Shown: in pieces, positions 60,701 to 64,000 of the stretch
Numbering within the stretch: the stretch's first letter is position 1
Layout of the letters: every line of letters starts with the position of its first letter
NCBI GenBank assembly: GCA_009784025.1
Contig: WQVK01000004.1
Coordinates: forward strand, 13,903 to 77,902
Length of the DNA stretch: 64,000 bases
Source of the DNA: Defluviitaleaceae bacterium
Lineage (GTDB): Bacteria > Bacillota > Clostridia > Lachnospirales > WQUN01
Direction: 5' to 3'
The notes under the pieces: model-generated
Told to the model about the DNA's origin: nothing
The model's input: only the letters and a program-made list of their open reading frames with translations
Database searches by the model: none
Translations under genes and position numbers: made by a program

Positions 60701-63321
60701 TCAAGCCAAACAAGATAACAAAGCTACAAATCACCCTAGACGAACAAAATGCCACATTTGCTATTTACAATGTTTCCAATGGAGATAACCCAGAAGTAGT
60801 CTCTAGGGGAGAATTCAAACAAATGCAGGATTTTGGTACCCAGAATCGCATAAATTTAGAATCATTAAAAGAAAAAACAACAGGGGATGCCACCAGATTC
60901 GACGGCGTGACCATGTACGAAAAATTTGTAAGCGCGGGCTTTAGCTATACGAATACATTTGCAGCAATAGAAGATATTTGGATTTGCGAAGACGAAGCAA
61001 TTTCTAAGCTTGCATTGCCACAAATAGACCAATTAAACAGCTATGAAATGTACCCAGGCATTTTAGATGCCTGCTTCCAAGGCACAATCGCGTTGGAATT
61101 TGCAGCCACAGCAGCCGCCGTCGCAGATAGCGAAGTCGGGTTTGATATCAGGCTACCAGTAGGCGTGGATGAATTTTTGCTGCACAACCCACTAACGCAA
61201 GAAATGTGGGTACATTGCAAAAGGGTAGAAAGAACAGATACCTACACAACAAATGATATATACCTATACAACCAAGACGGCGGGCTTATCGCAATAGTCA
61301 AGGCCTTAAAAGTACAAACTTTGGAAAACACTAAGCAACTAATGCCCTTAAAAGTGTTGGATTCCTGGCTATACAACTTGGAATGGCCAGAAATCGACAA
61401 TATAGAGCCGGTAGAAAAAGAAACAGAACCAGGCTGCTGGCTTATCCTAGGGGATGAAGGCGGCGTAGCCGCGCAATATGTAAATGTTTTAAACAAGCAG
61501 GGCGAGTCAAGCTTCTACGTGTCATTAGGCAATGACTTTTCAATTGATAACAAGCAACAAAAAGCAACAATAAGGCATAACAGCGACGAAGACATGGTAA
61601 CGCTTTATAACACCATAAAAGAAAATACCCAAGTCAAAGGAGTTGTCCATTTCTGGAATCTTGATTTGGCCAAAAACAGCGAAATCGATGCCCAAAATGT
61701 TTTGCAATCGGGAGATATTGGCGTTTATTCGGTTATGAGCTTGCTAAAAGCCGTAGCCGCCAGCGAAGATATCCTTAAGCTATGGATTATCACAAAAGGG
61801 GCACAGGCAATTTTGCCCGGCGAAGAGCCTGAAATCATGCAAAATGCCATCTGGGGGCCAGCAAGGTTAATTGGGAACCAAGAATACATCAGCCTATGGG
61901 GCGGCATTGTTGACCTAGACCCACAAGAAGTAACGCAAAGCCTAAATCAACTGGCTATGCAAACCCTATACAGCGACGAAGAAGACCAAATCGCATACCG
62001 CTCTGGCCACCGATACGGCGCGAGGCTTAAAAATACTGCAAACCTAACCAAACCATTACCCGTCCACATGAACGCAGAAGGCAGCTATATGGTAACCGGT
62101 GCTTTTGGCGCGCTGGGCAAATTAGTGTCACATTGGCTGGTAGAAAAAGGTGCGAAAAAACTAATTCTGCTAGGCAGAGTCAGCCTTCCAGATCGTTCAG
62201 AATGGCAAAGCGCAGGCCTTGACGATAAAGTTAAAGAGCGAATCGAATTTGTTCAAAGCCTTGAAAATAAAGGCGCAACAGTAACAGTAGACGCATTAGA
62301 CTTTGCAGATACTAACGCCGTTAAGCAATACTTTGCAGAAAATAGCGAAAAGATAAAACAAGTAAGAGGAGTTATCAGCTCACTTGGGATTGTAAAAGAC
62401 ATGTATATTTCGCAAATGCCCAAGGATGTATTCGATGAAGTTTACGAGACTAAAGTAATGTCAAACTGGTTGCTGCATCAATATTTTGGAGAGCAACCCT
62501 TAGACTTTTTTGTGGTATTCTCCTCTGTTGGGGCTTTGATTACATCTGCAGGGCAAGCAAATTATTCCGCCGCCAACGCGTTTTTGGACGGCCTGATAAC
62601 CTATAGAAGGAAAAAAGGTTTGGCAGGTTTAAGTATTGGTTGGGGCCCTTGGGCAGCTGGCATGATCTTGGAATTAAACATGATGAACTTCTTTAGAAAC
62701 AGAGGCCTAGAGCCAATAACCAAAGAACGAGGGATGCAAGTATTAGAGCGGCTAATCTACCAGAACATCCCCTACACATCTGTTTTGGAAGCTAATTGGC
62801 AAGTGTTCAAAGAAGCCAGCGCCAAAAGCAGAACACCATACCTAAACGAGTGGCTAGAAAAAGGCCTAGCAGATGGCGAAACAGAGCTAAAATCAGATGC
62901 CGAAATTCTTAAAGAATTCCACGAGGCATATATAGCAGCTGATAAAGAGCTAAGAATCCAATTGTTAGAAGAGCAAATGATAACCCTTGTAGCTAGGGTT
63001 CTGCATATGAAAACAGAGGATATCGAGCTAGAAAAAACCCTAACAGAACTAGGGCTTGATTCTATGGTTGCAACTGAGCTTAGAAACAAAATTGAACTAA
63101 GATTAGGCGCCAACCTAACGGTTATAGACCTGCTAAACAGCCATAGCCTGAAGCAGCAAATTGAAAAAATCGCAGACCAATTAGATACTGTGCTAGAGCT
63201 AAACACCATAGAAGATTTGATTGAAGACACCTCGGACGAGGAACTAGATATGCTGCTCGCGCAATTAGAGAGCATATCTGAAGAAGAAATGGCGACGATG
63301 TTGGAAGGCAATGACGCTTAA
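57781..63321 (+). CDS. Type I polyketide synthase module KS-AT-DH-KR-ACP
   Basis: The start is MGEIIF (AAGGGGAGG upstream). The KS has DTACSGSL (Cys codon 58339-58341), HGTGT and GHTESVAG. The AT has GHSAGE and VPFHS. The DH has HSIGGTPLFP. The KR has TGAFGALG and YSAANAF. The ACP has LGLDSM (Ser codon 63061-63063). The C-terminal tail is acidic. Confidence 0.95.
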   Translation: MGEIIFNGKSFKEDAIAVVGIGCRFPGNVNDADQFWDLLKNGKDAITEVPKDRWDRHTYYHKDRSFSGKTVSQRGGFIDNFDKFDPQFFGITPREAAFIDPQQRVLMEVSWEAMEDAGIVTKNYVGSDTGVYIGAFTLDYQHVQFNLDHLDEIDLHSATGSMMTLVANRLSYIYDFTGPSIAIDTACSGSLVAIHTACQSIRNKECTMAIAGGVLLNFAPQYTIAESRGGFLSPDGTCKTLDESANGYVRGEGAAVVILKPLKDAIADNDHIYSLILGSAVNQDGQTNGITVPNGESQKQATIKACAQAGIQPKEVQYIEMHGTGTPVGDPIEANALGETYGLGRDKNKPCIIASVKTNIGHTESVAGVAGIIKTSLVLKNKKIPPHLHLKNINPKINLEELNLKVPQELMDYPKHEGLAMAAVNSFGFGGTNAHAVLSEAPEPQVFSSQKNDVTRIFPISARSEAGLKAMAEKYHAFLAQKDVKNLYDLGYSMSQRRDQHPYRLGVVAKNITQLKENLADYIQGNPTLGVAEGRNKDNSNDLVFVFTGMGPQWWKMGRELMAAEPIFMDAIKECDKEFFKYAKWSLLEAMNADEEASEMSQTKLAQPANFALQYGLIKLWESKGIKADAIIGHSAGEVAAFYNAGVFSFEDAIKVIYNRSSLQQRLTGRGKMMAISLSKEESEQLIANYEGLDIVAINSFSGVTIAGEEDELAKVGEHLTEQGIFNKLLDVTVPFHSRYMEEIKDDFMAGIADITFNQPTTKLYSTTIGKCVTEPVDGSYLWNNVRHAVYFADAITTILDDGYTKFLEIGPHPALTFYLKEMCAERKINGTFINSLNRKQGEQLTFYNALACLYTEDILNLTAMYPETGNYIKLPYYAWQRDVYWMESSSTAIRRLGKYDRILLGKKLLTAQPTWEVELKKELVPFVEEHSIGGTPLFPAAGYIEMALQMANQHYGKGFFTLNNVEFLKAVFIKPNKITKLQITLDEQNATFAIYNVSNGDNPEVVSRGEFKQMQDFGTQNRINLESLKEKTTGDATRFDGVTMYEKFVSAGFSYTNTFAAIEDIWICEDEAISKLALPQIDQLNSYEMYPGILDACFQGTIALEFAATAAAVADSEVGFDIRLPVGVDEFLLHNPLTQEMWVHCKRVERTDTYTTNDIYLYNQDGGLIAIVKALKVQTLENTKQLMPLKVLDSWLYNLEWPEIDNIEPVEKETEPGCWLILGDEGGVAAQYVNVLNKQGESSFYVSLGNDFSIDNKQQKATIRHNSDEDMVTLYNTIKENTQVKGVVHFWNLDLAKNSEIDAQNVLQSGDIGVYSVMSLLKAVAASEDILKLWIITKGAQAILPGEEPEIMQNAIWGPARLIGNQEYISLWGGIVDLDPQEVTQSLNQLAMQTLYSDEEDQIAYRSGHRYGARLKNTANLTKPLPVHMNAEGSYMVTGAFGALGKLVSHWLVEKGAKKLILLGRVSLPDRSEWQSAGLDDKVKERIEFVQSLENKGATVTVDALDFADTNAVKQYFAENSEKIKQVRGVISSLGIVKDMYISQMPKDVFDEVYETKVMSNWLLHQYFGEQPLDFFVVFSSVGALITSAGQANYSAANAFLDGLITYRRKKGLAGLSIGWGPWAAGMILELNMMNFFRNRGLEPITKERGMQVLERLIYQNIPYTSVLEANWQVFKEASAKSRTPYLNEWLEKGLADGETELKSDAEILKEFHEAYIAADKELRIQLLEEQMITLVARVLHMKTEDIELEKTLTELGLDSMVATELRNKIELRLGANLTVIDLLNSHSLKQQIEKIADQLDTVLELNTIEDLIEDTSDEELDMLLAQLESISEEEMATMLEGNDA

Positions 63322-63330
63322 TCAATAGAG

Positions 63331-63379
63331 TTCTTATGAAATTGCAAAAAGCGCAATTTCAGAAGAAGCAAAAGATTGA
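63331..63379 (+). repeat. Family-F 49-bp hairpin element (right copy), 10 nt after the PKS stop
   Basis: The sequence is TTCTTATGAAATTGC-AAAAAGC-GCAATTTCAGAAGAAGCAAAAGATTGA. Confidence 0.55.
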
Positions 63380-63515
63380 AAATGTAACTTTTCCGAAACT
63401 CCCTACGGGAATTTCGGAAGAAGTCTAATGGAAGTATTGATTAACCCTGTAAGAAGTGGCATGTGCGAACGGATGGTTAATCAGTGATTTCCATTACAAA
63501 CAAAAAGGGGACAGC

Positions 63516-64000
63516 AATGAGCACAATAGATGATAGACTTAGCCAATTATCGCCAGAAAAAAAAGCAATGCTAGAAAAATTGCTAAGAGAAAAGCGTCTT
63601 CAGCAGGTTCAGGGAGGGCCCAAGATTAAACCCATCAAATTGGAAAATAATCGCTACCCTCTAACTTTTGCACAGGAAAAAATATGGATTGCAAACAATA
63701 TTAGCCCAGATGCGACAATTTACAACATGATTGGCATTGCTAGGATACAAGGCAAAGCCGATGTTCCTTCGTTTATTGAAGCGCTCAAAGAGACATTTAG
63801 CAGGCATGAGATTTTGAAGATGCATTTTAAGCAAGACGGCGGCGAAATTTATGCCGAGCTGGATGAAAATATGTCTTTCGAGCCAGAGCTACATGATTTT
63901 TCGCATGAATTGCGTGATAGGGATGAAATCATTGAAGAAATGATGAACCGCCTAGCGGGCAAACCATTTGATTTAGAAAAAGATACACTCATCCGCGCGG
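63516..64000 (+). CDS. Non-ribosomal peptide synthetase, N-terminal condensation domain (3'-truncated by window edge)
   Basis: This ORF is not in the track because it has no stop in the window. ATG 63516 has AAAGGGG upstream. The translation MSTIDDRLSQLSPEKKAMLEKLL...YPLTFAQEKIWIANNISPDATIYNM..RHEILKMHF is a typical C-domain N-terminus. Confidence 0.85.

Overview
This 64-kb window looks like a moderate-GC Firmicutes (Clostridia-like) chromosome segment. That assignment rests on gene content, AGGAGG-type ribosome-binding sites (RBS) and operon organisation.

Most of it is housekeeping:
- **CAZymes:** a 5'-partial GH95, a secreted GH10 xylanase, an intracellular GH13 and a GH18.
- **Transport:** an ECF transporter (S component, fused A1A2 ATPase, T component, lipoprotein).
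- **Glycolysis:** a block in the order pgk-tpiA-gpmI-orf-eno-gap, plus nagB.
- **Conserved triad of unknown role:** radical SAM (TIGR03960-like), TIGR03936-like protein and RNase E/G.
- **Other core genes:** an MFS transporter, cdaA-cdaR, dnaG-rpoD-trmK, a TldD/PmbA pair and ogt.
- **Long minus-strand array:** PEGA protein, uvrC, orf, hprK, murB, rapZ, whiA, crh, orf.
- **Asparagine genes:** asnS and asnA.

The right-hand end is accessory:
- **ABC-2 exporter pair** followed without a real gap by a four-gene module. The module encodes a beta-rich protein, a Zn-ribbon P-loop GTPase, a GAP1-like protein and a TM-SH3b protein. I consider this the best candidate for an uncharacterised NTP-dependent conflict or signalling system.
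- **Hybrid PKS-NRPS cluster start:** a 1846-aa KS-AT-DH-KR-ACP module, then an NRPS condensation domain cut by the window edge.

The most striking DNA-level signal is that almost every intergenic gap is filled with several families of palindromic repeats:
- **Family B:** a ~117-bp Correia-like MITE (miniature inverted-repeat transposable element) family with TATAG termini.
- **Family A:** the hairpin CAGTTGGTCGG-N5-CCGACCAACTG.
- **Family C:** a ~73-bp two-hairpin module.
- **Family D:** a GGTACC double palindrome.
- **Family E:** the hairpin AACTAATTACAA.
- **Family F:** a 49-bp element present as an inverted pair around the PKS gene.

No transposase, integrase, CRISPR array, rRNA or tRNA was recognised by eye. 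All calls come from reading the sequence and ORF track without tools. Repeat coordinates are approximate (about +/-3 nt).
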